The position numbers and the translations under genes were made by a program. From Hydrurus foetidus (taxonomy: Eukaryota): a DNA stretch of 64,000 nt. The DNA lies in assembly GCA_900617105.1 (NCBI GenBank), contig UYFQ01000001.1, forward strand, positions 4,216,001-4,280,000. The letters run 5' to 3'. Numbering within the stretch: position 1 is the first letter of the stretch; each line of letters opens with the position of its first letter. Shown one piece after another: positions 9,217 through 19,833 of the stretch. Under the pieces are notes generated by a model. That model saw only the letters and a program-made list of their open reading frames with translations, was not told the DNA's origin and searched no databases.

Positions 9217-10593
9217 ATGACCCTTCGGATTTACAACACGCTCAGCCGAAGCGTGGAGACCTTTTTACCGTTGATTGAGGGCCAGGTGCGGATGTATGTC
9301 TGCGGCATCACGGTGTATGACCTTTGCCATATTGGTCACGCCCGCTCGGCGACGGCGTTTGACCTAGTTCAGCGCTGGTTGCGAGTAAGCGGCTACGCCG
9401 TGAATTTTGTGCGCAACATCACCGACATTGACGACAAAATCATCACCCGGGCGGTTAAAAACAACGAGCCCATCAAGGCGCTGACCAACCGCATGGTGTT
9501 AGAGATGCACCGCGACTATGACGCGCTGGGCATTCAGCGGCCCGATCACGAGCCACGCGCAACCGATTTCGTGCCGCAAATGCTGGCTATTACTGAAAAG
9601 CTCATTGGCAACGGCTTTGCCTATCAAACCGGCGGCGGCGATGTTAATTACGCAGTCCGCAAGCTCCCGGGCTATGGAAAGTTGTCTGGCAAATCGCTAG
9701 ACGAGCTTCAGGCGGGCGAACGAGTTGCCGTGGACGATGGCAAAAACGACCCGCTTGACTTCGTGCTGTGGAAATCGGCCAAGCCCGCTGAGCCCGATGA
9801 CGCCAAGTGGGACAGCCCTTTCGGCAAAGGCAGGCCCGGCTGGCATATTGAGTGCTCGGCCATGAGTTGCGCGCTGCTGGGGACCAGCTTTGACATTCAT
9901 GGCGGTGGTGCAGATCTGCAGTTTCCGCACCACGAAAACGAAATCGCCCAAAACGAAGGTGCGTTTGGCAAGCCCATGGCCAAGTACTGGATGCACAACG
10001 GCTTTGTCAATATTGACAACGAAAAAATGTCAAAAAGCCTGGGCAACTTTTTCACAATTCGGGAAGTGCTTAAAAAATACGATGCTGAAACCATCCGATT
10101 TTTCTTGGTGCGCGCCCACTATCGCAGCGCGTTGAACTACAGCGACGTACACCTTGACGACGCACGCAGCGCCCTTAAGCGGCTGTACACCGCGCTGGAC
10201 GGTGTCACGCCCGCAGCCGTTGTGATGGATTGGGGTAGTCCGTTTGCCGCACGATTCAAGGCCGCGATGGACGAAGACTTTGGCACCCCGGAAGCCGTAG
10301 CCGTGTTGTTTGATTTGGCCAGTGAAGTCAACAAAACCAGCTCACCAGCGCTCGCCGGGTTGCTCAAAAATCTGGGTGCTTGCTTGGGCCTTCTGCAAGG
10401 CGATCCGGCGGCGTTCTTGCAAGCAGGCTCGGTGCTGGATGAAGCGAGTATTCAGCAACTCATTGCTCAGCGCGCGGCGGCTAAATTAGCCAAAAACTTT
10501 AATGAAGCAGACCGCATCAGGCAAGAGTTGTTAGCCCAAGGCATCGAGCTCAAAGATTCGGCTAGTGGCACGATTTGGGTCGCAAAAACATGA
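9217..10593 (+). CDS. cysS: Cysteine--tRNA ligase
   Basis: [18 protein letters not shown] (HIGH), [12 protein letters not shown] and KMSKS. Confidence 0.98.
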   Translation: MTLRIYNTLSRSVETFLPLIEGQVRMYVCGITVYDLCHIGHARSATAFDLVQRWLRVSGYAVNFVRNITDIDDKIITRAVKNNEPIKALTNRMVLEMHRDYDALGIQRPDHEPRATDFVPQMLAITEKLIGNGFAYQTGGGDVNYAVRKLPGYGKLSGKSLDELQAGERVAVDDGKNDPLDFVLWKSAKPAEPDDAKWDSPFGKGRPGWHIECSAMSCALLGTSFDIHGGGADLQFPHHENEIAQNEGAFGKPMAKYWMHNGFVNIDNEKMSKSLGNFFTIREVLKKYDAETIRFFLVRAHYRSALNYSDVHLDDARSALKRLYTALDGVTPAAVVMDWGSPFAARFKAAMDEDFGTPEAVAVLFDLASEVNKTSSPALAGLLKNLGACLGLLQGDPAAFLQAGSVLDEASIQQLIAQRAAAKLAKNFNEADRIRQELLAQGIELKDSASGTIWVAKT

Positions 10594-10620
10594 CTTTTAC
10601 CTATCATTTCAAGGTAATTG

Positions 10621-10660
10621 CCAATCAATACGGGCGCGAGCAGCTATGAAAAACGTAGCA
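10621..10660 (-). repeat. REP-like element copy 3 (overlaps probable alkA start codon)
   Basis: CCAATCAATACGGGCGCGAGCAGCTATGAAAAACGTAGCA. Confidence 0.85.
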
Positions 10661-11335
10661 TCTACTGACGCACAGCCAGTGACTGCAGCAGCAATCGGTG
10701 CGCCTGAAGTGCAAGAGTTGCCCGACTATTGGCAAGAGGCCTGCAAGCACCTGGTTAAAAAAGACCGGGTCATGAAAAGGCTGATTCCGCAGTTCCCCAA
10801 CACCACGCTGCAGTCCCGCGGCGATGCCTTCAGCACACTGGCACGCAGCATTGTGGGGCAGCAAATATCGGTGAAAGCGGCGCAAACGGTGTGGCATCGG
10901 TTCCACGCATTGCCCAAGCTCATGACACCAGCTCATGTGTTAAAACTAAAGGTCGACGACATGCGCGCTGCAGGCTTGAGCGCCCGCAAAGTTGAATACC
11001 TGGTTGACTTGTCGATTCACTTTGACAGCGGCACTGTGCACGTCAAAAATTGGCAAGCGATGGACGATGAAGCCATCATTGCCGAGCTGATCGCCATTCG
11101 CGGCATTGGCCGCTGGACGGCCGAGATGTTTTTAATGTTTTATCTGCGCCGCCCCAACGTGTTGCCGCTCGACGATGTGGGGCTGATCAACGGGATAGCC
11201 AAAAATTATTTTTCGGGCGAATCGGTTAGCCGCAGTGACGCGCGCGAAGTCGCTGCCGCCTGGACGCCTTACTGCAGCGTGGCAACTTGGTATATTTGGC
11301 GCTCGCTCGACACAATTCCAGTTTTAAAAGACTGA
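10646..11335 (+). CDS. alkA: DNA-3-methyladenine glycosylase II (HhH-GPD family)
   Basis: RSIVGQQISVKAA, LIAIRGIGRWTAEMFL and LPLDDVG; start codon uncertain. Confidence 0.88.
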   Translation: MKNVASTDAQPVTAAAIGAPEVQELPDYWQEACKHLVKKDRVMKRLIPQFPNTTLQSRGDAFSTLARSIVGQQISVKAAQTVWHRFHALPKLMTPAHVLKLKVDDMRAAGLSARKVEYLVDLSIHFDSGTVHVKNWQAMDDEAIIAELIAIRGIGRWTAEMFLMFYLRRPNVLPLDDVGLINGIAKNYFSGESVSRSDAREVAAAWTPYCSVATWYIWRSLDTIPVLKD

Positions 11336-11349
11336 CAAGGACCTGCTAA

Positions 11350-12327
11350 ATGGCTAAAAAAACCTTCCTTGACTTTGAGCAACCGATTGCCGACCTTGAG
11401 GGGAAAATCGAAGAGTTGCGCTACGTGCAAACCGAGTCAGCGGTTGATATTTCAGAAGAAATTGACCAGCTTGCCAAAAAAAGCCAACAGCTCACCAAAG
11501 ACATTTACAGTGATTTAACGCCTTGGCAAATCACCAAAATTGCCAGGCACGCAGAGCGGCCCTACACGCTGGACTACGTGCGGGAAATCTTCACTGATTT
11601 TGTAGAACTGCACGGCGACCGGCATTTTTCGGACGACTTGTCCATCGTCGGCGGCTTGGCTCGCTTTAACGGCACCGCCTGCATGGTGCTGGGCCATCAA
11701 AAAGGCCGCGACACCAAAGAGCGCGGTTTGCGCAACTTCGGCATGAGCAAGCCCGAGGGCTACCGCAAAGCGCTGCGCCTGATGAAAACCGCTGAAAAGT
11801 TTGGCCTGCCGGTGTTTACCTTCGTCGACACGCCGGGCGCGTACCCCGGCATTGACGCAGAAGAGCGCGGCCAGTCTGAAGCTATTGGCCGCAATATTTT
11901 TGAAATGGCGCAGTTAGAAGTGCCGATCATCACCACCATCATCGGCGAAGGCGGCTCGGGTGGCGCATTGGCTATCTCGGTGGCCGACCAGGTCGTGATG
12001 CTGCAGTATTCGATTTACTCGGTCATCAGCCCTGAAGGCTGCGCATCGATTTTGTGGAAGACATCTGAAAAAGCCGAAATTGCCGCCGAGGCGCTGGGCA
12101 TCACCGCCCACCGACTGAAGGCGCTGGGCGTCATCGACAAAATCGTCAACGAGCCAGTCGGCGGCGCGCACCGCGACCACAAACAAATGGCGGCGTTTTT
12201 AAAGCGGGCGTTGAACGATGCTTTCAGGCAGGTGAGTGATTTGAAGGTCAAAGAGTTGCTGGACCGGCGCTACGAGCGGCTGCAAAGCTATGGCCGGTTT
12301 ACGGATACCAAGGCGGACAACAAGTAG
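11350..12327 (+). CDS. accA: Acetyl-CoA carboxylase carboxyltransferase alpha subunit
   Basis: [28 protein letters not shown] and [10 protein letters not shown]. Confidence 0.98.
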   Translation: MAKKTFLDFEQPIADLEGKIEELRYVQTESAVDISEEIDQLAKKSQQLTKDIYSDLTPWQITKIARHAERPYTLDYVREIFTDFVELHGDRHFSDDLSIVGGLARFNGTACMVLGHQKGRDTKERGLRNFGMSKPEGYRKALRLMKTAEKFGLPVFTFVDTPGAYPGIDAEERGQSEAIGRNIFEMAQLEVPIITTIIGEGGSGGALAISVADQVVMLQYSIYSVISPEGCASILWKTSEKAEIAAEALGITAHRLKALGVIDKIVNEPVGGAHRDHKQMAAFLKRALNDAFRQVSDLKVKELLDRRYERLQSYGRFTDTKADNK

Positions 12328-12353
12328 TCGAGACCCATCAAGAAAGGCGGATC

Positions 12354-12545
12354 ATGATTGAAAAAGTTGTCTTTAAAACCACGTTAAAAGATCAACCCAG
12401 CGATTTGGCTTTTTGGCTTTCTCGTTCAGTTCAGGAACGCTTTGCGGCTCTGGAATTTTTACGTCAGCAATATGTCTCAACCTTACCCGTTGCTCAACAA
12501 AGACTTCAAAGAGTTTGTACAGTTTCTCAACGGCAACGCAGTTGA
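12354..12545 (+). CDS. Small hypothetical protein partnered with the nucleotidyltransferase
   Basis: AAAGGCGG RBS-like motif; D-LAFWLSRS-EERxxALExLR-type motif seen upstream of such NTases; overlaps the next gene. Confidence 0.65.
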   Translation: MIEKVVFKTTLKDQPSDLAFWLSRSVQERFAALEFLRQQYVSTLPVAQQRLQRVCTVSQRQRS

Positions 12546-12957
12546 GTATCTGGTTGTTGGTGGCTATGCGCTGATGGCACATGGTCACCCGCGCTACACG
12601 GGTGACATTGATTTTTGGGTCGACCCTACGAGAAACAATATTGCTAACTTGCTGAAGGCGCTTACTCAGTTTGGTTTTGCATCTGTCGATTTGAAAGAAG
12701 GCGATTTTTTAGTAGAGCAGGCCGTGATTCAGCTCGGCTTTCCACCCGCACGGATTGACCTCATGGTCGCCGTGAGCGGCGTTGAATTTGCTAACGCCTA
12801 CAAGTCGCGGCTTGAGGTCGATTTGGACGACACGCGAATTAACGTCATCAACCGTGACGACTTCATTCGCAACAAGCTAGCTACTGGGCGGGCTAAAGAT
12901 TTTGTTGACCTGAAAGAACTCGGGGTCGATGTTGGTCAATCGGACAAGTTAAAGTGA
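12490..12957 (+). CDS. Pol-beta-superfamily nucleotidyltransferase (DUF6036/MNT-like)
   Basis: YLVVGGYA..HGHPRYTGDIDFW (GG..DxD) and NKLATGRAKDFVDL; TTG start inferred (alternative ATG at 12472). Confidence 0.8.
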   Translation: MLNKDFKEFVQFLNGNAVEYLVVGGYALMAHGHPRYTGDIDFWVDPTRNNIANLLKALTQFGFASVDLKEGDFLVEQAVIQLGFPPARIDLMVAVSGVEFANAYKSRLEVDLDDTRINVINRDDFIRNKLATGRAKDFVDLKELGVDVGQSDKLK

Positions 12958-13916
12958 CCTACGCTGTTGCCTACAGCGGCGGCGCAGACTCTACCGCGTT
13001 GCTGTTGATGCTGGCCCGTCAGCATTCCGGCCAGGTGCAGGCCATTCATATCCACCATGGTTTGCAGGCTGCAGCTGATGACTTTGCGGCGCATTGTGCG
13101 GCGTTTTGCGCAGCACTTGATGTGCCGCTTCATGTGGTGCATGTGGATGCAAGTGCTGCAACCGGCCAAAGCCCTGAAGATGCAGCCCGCAGGGCGCGAT
13201 ATTCAGCGCTTTTAGGTGCAATTAGAGATATAAATAGTGCTATAGGCCAACAAATTCAGGCGCGAGCAGCTATTGAATCAATAGCAATTGCACAACACGC
13301 AGACGACCAGATTGAAACGCTGCTGCTAGCGCTTAGCCGCGGGGCGGGGTTGCCGGGCTTGTCGAGCATGGCGCCCAAGTGGCAGCGTGATGGCATTGAG
13401 TTTGTTCGGCCACTGCTAGGCATGACTTCTTTTGAGATTCGCTCTTACCTGGCTAGCCTCGGCCTGGCAGCGCGACACCCGGGCAGCGAAAATGTTGGCC
13501 AAGGTTGGGTGGAAGACCCGACCAATATTGACACGCAATTCACCCGCAACCGCATTCGCCACGATTTAATCCCTGCGCTTGAAAAAACCTTTCCGCAGTT
13601 CCGGAAAACCTTTGCGCGCTCGGCGGCGCACGCGGCTGAAGCCCAATTAATATTGGCGCAGGTAGCTATCGAAGACATAGCAAAAACAGGCAGCCCGCCG
13701 CGCATCGGCGATTTGCAACGCCTGAGCGATGAGCGCTGTGGCAACGCGCTGCGGCATTGGTTAAAAAGCGCGCACCAGATCAGCCCCAGTACCGCGCAAT
13801 TGGCAGAGCTGCAAAGTCAAATCGCCAACTGCACTGATCGGGGCAAGAAGATTCACCTCAAAGTAGCCAGCGGCCATGTGGTGCGCGATGGCGATACGCT
13901 TGCGTATTTGCCCTAG
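12954..13916 (+). CDS. tilS: tRNA(Ile)-lysidine synthase
   Basis: AYSGGADSTALL PP-loop, HADDQIETLLL, EDPTN..RNRIRH; accA-tilS-lysC synteny. Confidence 0.95.
   Translation: MTYAVAYSGGADSTALLLMLARQHSGQVQAIHIHHGLQAAADDFAAHCAAFCAALDVPLHVVHVDASAATGQSPEDAARRARYSALLGAIRDINSAIGQQIQARAAIESIAIAQHADDQIETLLLALSRGAGLPGLSSMAPKWQRDGIEFVRPLLGMTSFEIRSYLASLGLAARHPGSENVGQGWVEDPTNIDTQFTRNRIRHDLIPALEKTFPQFRKTFARSAAHAAEAQLILAQVAIEDIAKTGSPPRIGDLQRLSDERCGNALRHWLKSAHQISPSTAQLAELQSQIANCTDRGKKIHLKVASGHVVRDGDTLAYLP
13241..13286 (-). repeat. REP-like element copy 4 (in frame inside tilS)
   Basis: TATAGGCCAACAAATTCAGGCGCGAGCAGCTATTGAATCAATAGCA. Confidence 0.8.
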
Positions 13917-13988
13917 TTGGCAACTATTGGCTGGCTATAATTTAAGACTTTGCCGCTTGCAGGCAAATCTCTTAAATTCAAATAAAAA

Positions 13989-15269
13989 ATGGCTCTAATC
14001 GTTCATAAATACGGCGGCACGTCGATGGGTTCAACCGAACGCATCAAGAACGTCGCCAAGCGCGTGGCCAAGTGGGCGCGCGCCGGCCACCAGATGGTGG
14101 TGGTGCCCAGTGCCATGTCTGGCGAAACCAATCGTTTGCTCGGCTTGGCCAAAGAATTGTCACTGGCATCGCCCGGCCTAATGTCCAGCGAAAGCCACAG
14201 CCGCGAACTCGATGCGCTAGCGGCCACGGGCGAGCAAGCATCAAGCGCGCTGCTGGCCATTGCGCTGCAGGCTGAAGGCATGCCATCAGTGAGCTACGCG
14301 GGCTGGCAAGTGGCGATTAAAACCAACAGTGCACACACCAAGGCACGCATTGAGTCGATTGACGATAAAAAAGTGCGTGCCGATTTAGATACGGGCAAAG
14401 TCGTCATCATCACAGGGTTTCAAGGCGTCGACGGCGCAGGCAACGTTACTACGTTGGGGCGCGGCGGTTCAGACACATCGGCCGTTGCAATTGCCGCAGC
14501 GCTTAAGGCGCACGAATGCCTGATTTACACCGACGTAGACGGCGTGTACACCACCGACCCGCGCGTGGTGCCCGAGGCGCGCCGGCTGCAAACGGTCAGC
14601 TTTGAAGAGATGCTGGAAATGGCGTCGATGGGCTCAAAGGTTTTGCAAATTCGCTCGGTTGAATTTGCAGGCAAATACAAAGTGCCGCTGCGGGTGTTGT
14701 CCAGCTTCACCGACTGGGATATTGACATCAATGAAGAGGCCAAATCAGGCACGCTCATCAGTTTTGAGGAAGACGAAAAAATGGAACAAGCCATCGTATC
14801 GGGCATCGCGTTTAACCGCGACGAAGCCAAAATATCAGTGCTCGGCGTGCCCGACACCCCAGGCATTGCGTACCAAATTCTGGGCGCAGTGGCTGACGCC
14901 AATATTGAAGTCGATGTGATCATTCAAAACATCAGCAAAGACGGCAAAACCGACTTCAGCTTTACCGTGCACCGCAATGACTTTGCCAAGGCCATGGACC
15001 TGCTCAAAGCCAAAGTGCTGCCTGCGCTGAAGGCAACCGAAGTAACTGGCGACGCCAAAATCTGCAAAGTCAGCATCGTCGGCATCGGTATGCGCAGCCA
15101 CGTGGGCATTGCCAGCAAAATGTTCAAGGTGCTGGCAGAGGAGGGCATCAATATTCAGATGATCTCCACCAGCGAAATTAAAACCTCGGTGGTGATTGAC
15201 GAAAAGTACATGGAACTGGCGGTGCGGGCGCTGCACAAGGCGTTTGACCTGGACCAGCCGCCGCAGTAG
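13989..15269 (+). CDS. lysC: Aspartate kinase
   Basis: VHKYGGTS, TLGRGGSDTSAVA, YTDVDGVYTTDPR and two ACT domains. Confidence 0.97.
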   Translation: MALIVHKYGGTSMGSTERIKNVAKRVAKWARAGHQMVVVPSAMSGETNRLLGLAKELSLASPGLMSSESHSRELDALAATGEQASSALLAIALQAEGMPSVSYAGWQVAIKTNSAHTKARIESIDDKKVRADLDTGKVVIITGFQGVDGAGNVTTLGRGGSDTSAVAIAAALKAHECLIYTDVDGVYTTDPRVVPEARRLQTVSFEEMLEMASMGSKVLQIRSVEFAGKYKVPLRVLSSFTDWDIDINEEAKSGTLISFEEDEKMEQAIVSGIAFNRDEAKISVLGVPDTPGIAYQILGAVADANIEVDVIIQNISKDGKTDFSFTVHRNDFAKAMDLLKAKVLPALKATEVTGDAKICKVSIVGIGMRSHVGIASKMFKVLAEEGINIQMISTSEIKTSVVIDEKYMELAVRALHKAFDLDQPPQ

Positions 15270-15317
15270 TTGCCGAACTTAACGCCGTTCGCAAGTCGTG
15301 AGATAATTCAATCAGCT

Positions 15318-15410
15318 GGAATCGTGACCGAGTGGCCGAAGGTGCTCCCCTGCTAAGGGAGTATGGGGTGTAGAGCCTCATCGAGAGTTCGAATCTCTCC
15401 GATTCCGCCA
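15318..15410 (+). tRNA. tRNA-Ser(GCT)
   Basis: GGAATCG/CGATTCC acceptor, anticodon stem CTCCC/GGGAG with loop CTGCTAA, long variable arm, GTTCGAATC, 3' CCA. Confidence 0.97.
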
Positions 15411-15422
15411 GCTACATAAAAG

Positions 15423-15460
15423 AAAAAAGCCTCAAGACATCATGTTTTGGGGCTTTTTTT
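15423..15460 (+). terminator. Rho-independent (bidirectional) terminator
   Basis: AAAAAAGCCTCAAGAC..GTTTTGGGGCTTTTTTT. Confidence 0.75.
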
Positions 15461-15499
15461 ACGCCTGTGCAGCGTGTTGATCTGTGGATTGGCTGCGCT

Positions 15500-16483
15500 C
15501 TAATGTTGCAGCAAAACCCGTCTGAAGGAGCCATCAGCCAGGTGCACGCAGGCGCCTAGCTGCGGTGCAGCCAGCGCGGAGATGCGCTCGATTCGGGCGG
15601 GTAACGGCATCACGTCGGCCAGTTCTTTGAATTTGCCTGCCAGCGCATTGCCTTCCCAGCGCAGCGCGTGCAGGGCTTTCAGCGTCATGCTGGGCACAAT
15701 GATCGTTGGGCGCAAGCCCGGAACTTCGACGATGGTGGCCAGTTGTTGTTGGGGCGCCCCCATCAGGTGGTTGGACGTGTCCATGGCTTTGGCAAAGGGC
15801 ACCAAGCGCGGCGGCGCGTAGTGGTACAGCGTCAGTTCTCCGCCAATATGAGGCGTCACCACAGCCGCCACATCCAGCTTGCCGTCGCCGTCAAAATCAG
15901 CCACGCCGACTGGGTTCAGCCAGCGAAATGTCGAGCCTGCCGGGGGGCTGCGGGCCAGCTCGACCAGCTTTCGCGCGTCCCCCGAGCCTGTAAGGCCAAG
16001 CACCACCACGCTCGCACCGCGCAGCGCGTCCGCTTCCACCAGCACAATCTCGTCGCGGCCATCTTGGTTGATGTCTACCAGTCGCACCAGCAAATCTTCA
16101 AACACACGGTTAAAAGGCAGCTCGTAAATCACCTCACGCAGTGGACCCGTGCTGCCTGCGGTAGGGGCTAGCAGCACGTGCAGGCTGCCCGCATGAAAGC
16201 GAGAGCCAAGCGCTGTGTGCGGGTAGCGCGCCGTCGGCGTGCCGAGCCAGGCCCAGCTGATGTCGCGCTGGCCTTGGGCAATTTGGCTGCCGTCCAGTCG
16301 CCGCGCGCTCGCGGGCGGTGGGGTAGCAGCGGGAGCTGGCGTTGCAGCCGAAGCTGAAGCATCGCCGCAGGAAGCCGCAGCGACATCGACCATTAATTCC
16401 ATCGTGTGGGCAAGGTAAGGCAGTGCGGCTGCAGCCAGCACCGCCGCAGCGGCAAAATTTTTGAATCGAAATAGCTGCATCAC
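15500..16483 (-). CDS. Secreted FG-GAP/VCBS-repeat protein
   Basis: DINQDGRDEI and ADFDGDGKLDV Ca-binding motifs; N-terminal signal. Confidence 0.8.
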   Translation of the reverse strand: MMQLFRFKNFAAAAVLAAAALPYLAHTMELMVDVAAASCGDASASAATPAPAATPPPASARRLDGSQIAQGQRDISWAWLGTPTARYPHTALGSRFHAGSLHVLLAPTAGSTGPLREVIYELPFNRVFEDLLVRLVDINQDGRDEIVLVEADALRGASVVVLGLTGSGDARKLVELARSPPAGSTFRWLNPVGVADFDGDGKLDVAAVVTPHIGGELTLYHYAPPRLVPFAKAMDTSNHLMGAPQQQLATIVEVPGLRPTIIVPSMTLKALHALRWEGNALAGKFKELADVMPLPARIERISALAAPQLGACVHLADGSFRRVLLQH

Positions 16484-16553
16484 CCATCAGTCGCGGCCAG
16501 CAACAGGTTCTTACACACTTGGCCGGTTTAGCCGAAAAATTGAGAAAAAATAG

Positions 16554-16600
16554 CTGTAGCCCAATAAAAATCGGCGCGAACAGCTATTTAAAAAGTAGCA
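16554..16600 (-). repeat. REP-like element copy 5
   Basis: CTGTAGCCCAATAAAAATCGGCGCGAACAGCTATTTAAAAAGTAGCA. Confidence 0.85.
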
Positions 16601-16632
16601 ACTGTAAAGATGCTGTGCCCGCCAGTAGCAGA

Positions 16633-17283
16633 TCAGTCCACCCCAAGCAAGGCAGCCAACGCCGCGGTTGGCATGGCCCCCGCGTTGGTCACCACCTCGC
16701 CAGTACGCGCATTTTTAGCCACGATGTACGGCACAGAGGTTGCGCCCAAACTGTTGAACAGCAGCGTGTTGGACTTGATGGCGGCTTCAGATTCAGGGCT
16801 CAAGCTGCTGGGTGCAGACATACCGCTGCCGCCGCCCAGTAGCGCGGTTTCATGGGCGGTCATGGCTTCAACCGGGTTGGCCGCCGACAGCAGCGCCGCA
16901 CCTTGCGGTGTACTTTTTGCGTTCATCAGCGACACCGGTACCCACACAAATTTCATTTTTTTCTGTAGCGGCAGCGATGCGTTCCACAGCGCGCCGCAGT
17001 GCGGGCACTGGGGGTCAAACAGGACATAGGCGGTCTGTGCGCTCATCATGGCGCCAGCGGTAAAGCCCTTGCCTTGCTTGGCTATCTCGTCGTAGGACAT
17101 TGCCGGGGCGATGGCAGCCGCTGGCGTTGCAGAAGCGCCGCCTTGCGCAGCGTCTTGCTTGGAGCAAGCCGCCAGCCCGATAGACAAAGCCAACACCGCC
17201 CCGGTAAGGGTAATGCGGGTTAACAAGCGGGCGGCTGGGCTGGACTTTGGGCGGGCTGCTGGGCGGTAGGGGTTGTGATTCAT
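16633..17283 (-). CDS. DsbG/DsbC-like thioredoxin-fold lipoprotein
   Basis: Lipobox LAAC; YVLFDPQCPHC (CxxC), WVPVSL and SVP cis-Pro loop. Confidence 0.85.
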   Translation of the reverse strand: MNHNPYRPAARPKSSPAARLLTRITLTGAVLALSIGLAACSKQDAAQGGASATPAAAIAPAMSYDEIAKQGKGFTAGAMMSAQTAYVLFDPQCPHCGALWNASLPLQKKMKFVWVPVSLMNAKSTPQGAALLSAANPVEAMTAHETALLGGGSGMSAPSSLSPESEAAIKSNTLLFNSLGATSVPYIVAKNARTGEVVTNAGAMPTAALAALLGVD

Positions 17284-17379
17284 GGCGTCAAGGGTAGTGA
17301 AAAATAGTTTTCATTCTGACACCATTGCAGCGCCGCCAGTTCCCTTGCTGGCGGCGGCACGCTTTAAATAAGCTGCTTA

Positions 17380-17907
17380 TTAAGCTGCTTTTGCAGTGCG
17401 GCGCTGGGCAAAAGCCGATGTGCGCTTGACGGTAGCGGTTGCCACGTTGTCGCCCGCTAATTTGCTGGCCAATGCGGCTGATTTTTCTTCAAGCTTGGCG
17501 GCGAACTGGCTCAATACCACTGCGCCAGGCTTGGTGGCCTGTGCCAACGTGTTCAGTGCGGTCATGCCGGTTTTGACTTCAAACGCATTGGCGTTAGCGG
17601 CAACGCGCTCAACACCGGCTTCGGCAAACTTGACCAATCGGCTCACTACGATTTGCGCGCCTTTGGTGGTTTGTGTCAAACCTTTGGTGTACATGCCGCT
17701 GAGAACGGCTTGCGCGTTGGCTGCGTTTTTGGCGGCTTCGCTGCTTAGTTGCGTACGTGATTGCTTTAACGCGGCGTTCCAGCGCTGCTCAAGCGCTGTC
17801 ACGACGCGCTCACCGCCGGCCTGGTAGGCGTCAATCACGTTTTTGGCCGTGTTGCCATAGCATTCGATCAAATCGGTGGCAACGGTGGAGAGGTTTTTTG
17901 CAGTCAT
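17380..17907 (-). CDS. Ala-rich helical hypothetical protein (possibly phasin-like)
   Basis: ORF with amphipathic helical composition and a basic C-terminus; followed by a hairpin at 17331-17356. Confidence 0.6.
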   Translation of the reverse strand: MTAKNLSTVATDLIECYGNTAKNVIDAYQAGGERVVTALEQRWNAALKQSRTQLSSEAAKNAANAQAVLSGMYTKGLTQTTKGAQIVVSRLVKFAEAGVERVAANANAFEVKTGMTALNTLAQATKPGAVVLSQFAAKLEEKSAALASKLAGDNVATATVKRTSAFAQRRTAKAA

Positions 17908-18161
17908 GGTGAATACTTTAAAAATAATTGATGTGCCATTAAGGCGATACATGAACTATCCGCCATTCGCACGCCGAGAGCTAGTGAGCGCGACCTAATA
18001 GGCTAGAGCGGCGCGTCCAGTTCGTACGCTCTGGTTTGGCTTTGGCAGGCCGGGCTGCCGCACAGTTTGCATGTCCGACCAAGTTGCCATCACATTATGT
18101 ACGTTTGATATTTAAAGCTAAAACGCCACTTTTTTTAGCAATTTTAAGCACCCAAACAGCC

Positions 18162-18207
18162 TTTAGACTAATAAACACGGGCTCGAGCAGCTATTAAATT
18201 AATAGTA
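18162..18207 (-). repeat. REP-like element copy 6
   Basis: TTAGACTAATAAACACGGGCTCGAGCAGCTATTAAATTAATAGTA. Confidence 0.85.
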
Positions 18208-18241
18208 AATATCGGCCAGCAAAGCGCCTGCCCGCAAGTAC

Positions 18242-18553
18242 TTACATCGGTACCGCCATCACCACATCAGATGCGGGGTAAGCCGCGCAAGGCAAGATAT
18301 AGCCGTCACGCTTTTCGTCCAGGCTGAGCCCTGGCCACTCGATTTGATAGGTCACTTCGCCGCTAACAAGCCGGCATATGCAGGTTCGGCAGGTGCCGTT
18401 GCGGCACGAACTGTCCAGCTTCAAGCCGGGTGTGTTTGCCAATTCAGCCGATTGCAGCAGGGTTTGGTTGGCGGGTGCGGCAAAGCCGGTGCCTGCGGGC
18501 AACACGGTGGCCGTGAAAATACTGACCGCTCCATCTTGACCGAGCTGGCTCAT
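18242..18553 (-). CDS. 2Fe-2S ferredoxin
   Basis: SSCRNGTCRTC...ILPC (Cx4Cx2C...C). Confidence 0.92.
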   Translation of the reverse strand: MSQLGQDGAVSIFTATVLPAGTGFAAPANQTLLQSAELANTPGLKLDSSCRNGTCRTCICRLVSGEVTYQIEWPGLSLDEKRDGYILPCAAYPASDVVMAVPM

Positions 18554-18556
18554 GGG

Positions 18557-19162
18557 TCAACCGCGGTTGCGCTCCAGCAGCACCAGCATCATCAAACTCA
18601 GCAGTAATTGGTCAGCTTCGCGCGGCGTCAGGCGATTGCCCGCGCCGGTTAGTTCGATGTCAAAGCGTCCTTCAAACAACGCGGGTTTTTTGGTCAGCGT
18701 CATGACTGCTTCGCCGCCTGGCCGGGTAACCTCGTACGCAGGCTGAAACAGGTAACCCGACAAAAGACCAATCACCGGAATCTGCCCGAACAGGCTGTCT
18801 AAAAAGCGGGTGAGCATGCTTTTTTCATTGATGTCAAAAATCGGCATTTCGTTGTCGATGACGTCAAATCTGGCCTTCCACAACGAACGCAACCCGCGCT
18901 GCTTGATGCACCCGAGTGACATGCCTTGCGCGTCGGTAAAGTTGTAGCGGGCTGAAAAATCAATCACCCGGTCAGCCTGAATTTGAAACCGTACTTCGGC
19001 TTGGCGCTCATCTGCATAAACCGTTACGGCCTCTTTAAATTTAAAGAGCTTCTGCTTGACATACGCTACGGCGGCGCCGTTGGTGTCATGCACGTAAAAC
19101 TGCGGCGCAAACGCCAGCAGCTTGAAGGTCAGGCGAAGCGGAAAAGAAATAGCAGTAAGCAT
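18557..19162 (-). CDS. LURP-one/scramblase-like conserved protein
   Basis: YVKQKLFKFKEAVTVYAD, ADRVIDFSARY and GLRSLWKA; start at ATG 19162 inferred. Confidence 0.65.
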   Translation of the reverse strand: MLTAISFPLRLTFKLLAFAPQFYVHDTNGAAVAYVKQKLFKFKEAVTVYADERQAEVRFQIQADRVIDFSARYNFTDAQGMSLGCIKQRGLRSLWKARFDVIDNEMPIFDINEKSMLTRFLDSLFGQIPVIGLLSGYLFQPAYEVTRPGGEAVMTLTKKPALFEGRFDIELTGAGNRLTPREADQLLLSLMMLVLLERNRG

Positions 19163-19267
19163 GTGTAAACCAGTTGAATGTCCAGCGCGCAATATAGCTG
19201 ACTGGCCTGACGGCGCTGCATTGCGCGACAATTGCAGGTTGTTTGACAATTTGCGAGCGATTTCTTA

Positions 19268-19789
19268 ATGCCCAGCTACACCGTACGCCCAGCCGCCCCC
19301 CGCGATGCCAAAGCCATCGCCGACATTCACGTTGCCACGTGGCAAGCCGCCTACCAGGGCGTGATTCCTGACGACTTTTTAAAAGCCATGACTGTGGAAA
19401 AGCGCCTGGCTTACTGGCGCGAAGCCATTGAGTTCAGCGACCCGCAAATTCTGGTCGCGGTAGACGCCGACAAGGTCATTGGCTTCGTGGGTTTTGACCG
19501 CTCGCGCGATGCGGGCACCAAATCAACGGTGGGTGAAATTTGGGCGCTGTACATCACGCCCGAGCACTGGCGCCAAGGCGCTGGCCTGGCGCTGTGGGAC
19601 GGCGCACGCGACGGCCTGAAAGACGAAGGCTGCACGCAAGTCACGCTGTGGGTACTGGTAGCCAACGAGCGGGCGCTGCAGTTTTATGAGCAGGCAGCGG
19701 GCTTTAAACGCGAAATGCCTTCTTTGCGCACCACTGCTTTTGGCGCGACCAAGCTCGAAGAAATCAGACTTAAACGCACCATTGACTAG
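19268..19789 (+). CDS. GNAT N-acetyltransferase
   Basis: LYITPEHWRQGAG and LWVLVANERALQFYE. Confidence 0.9.
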   Translation: MPSYTVRPAAPRDAKAIADIHVATWQAAYQGVIPDDFLKAMTVEKRLAYWREAIEFSDPQILVAVDADKVIGFVGFDRSRDAGTKSTVGEIWALYITPEHWRQGAGLALWDGARDGLKDEGCTQVTLWVLVANERALQFYEQAAGFKREMPSLRTTAFGATKLEEIRLKRTID

Positions 19790-19833
19790 CGCTGCGCACT
19801 TGCTGCGGCCGCGAAACGTCACAAAGGAACCTC

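Noticed and set aside
12314..12957. CGGACAA near both ends of the nucleotidyltransferase cassette as a target-site duplication
   Set aside because: It is only 7 bp and not precisely at the boundaries.
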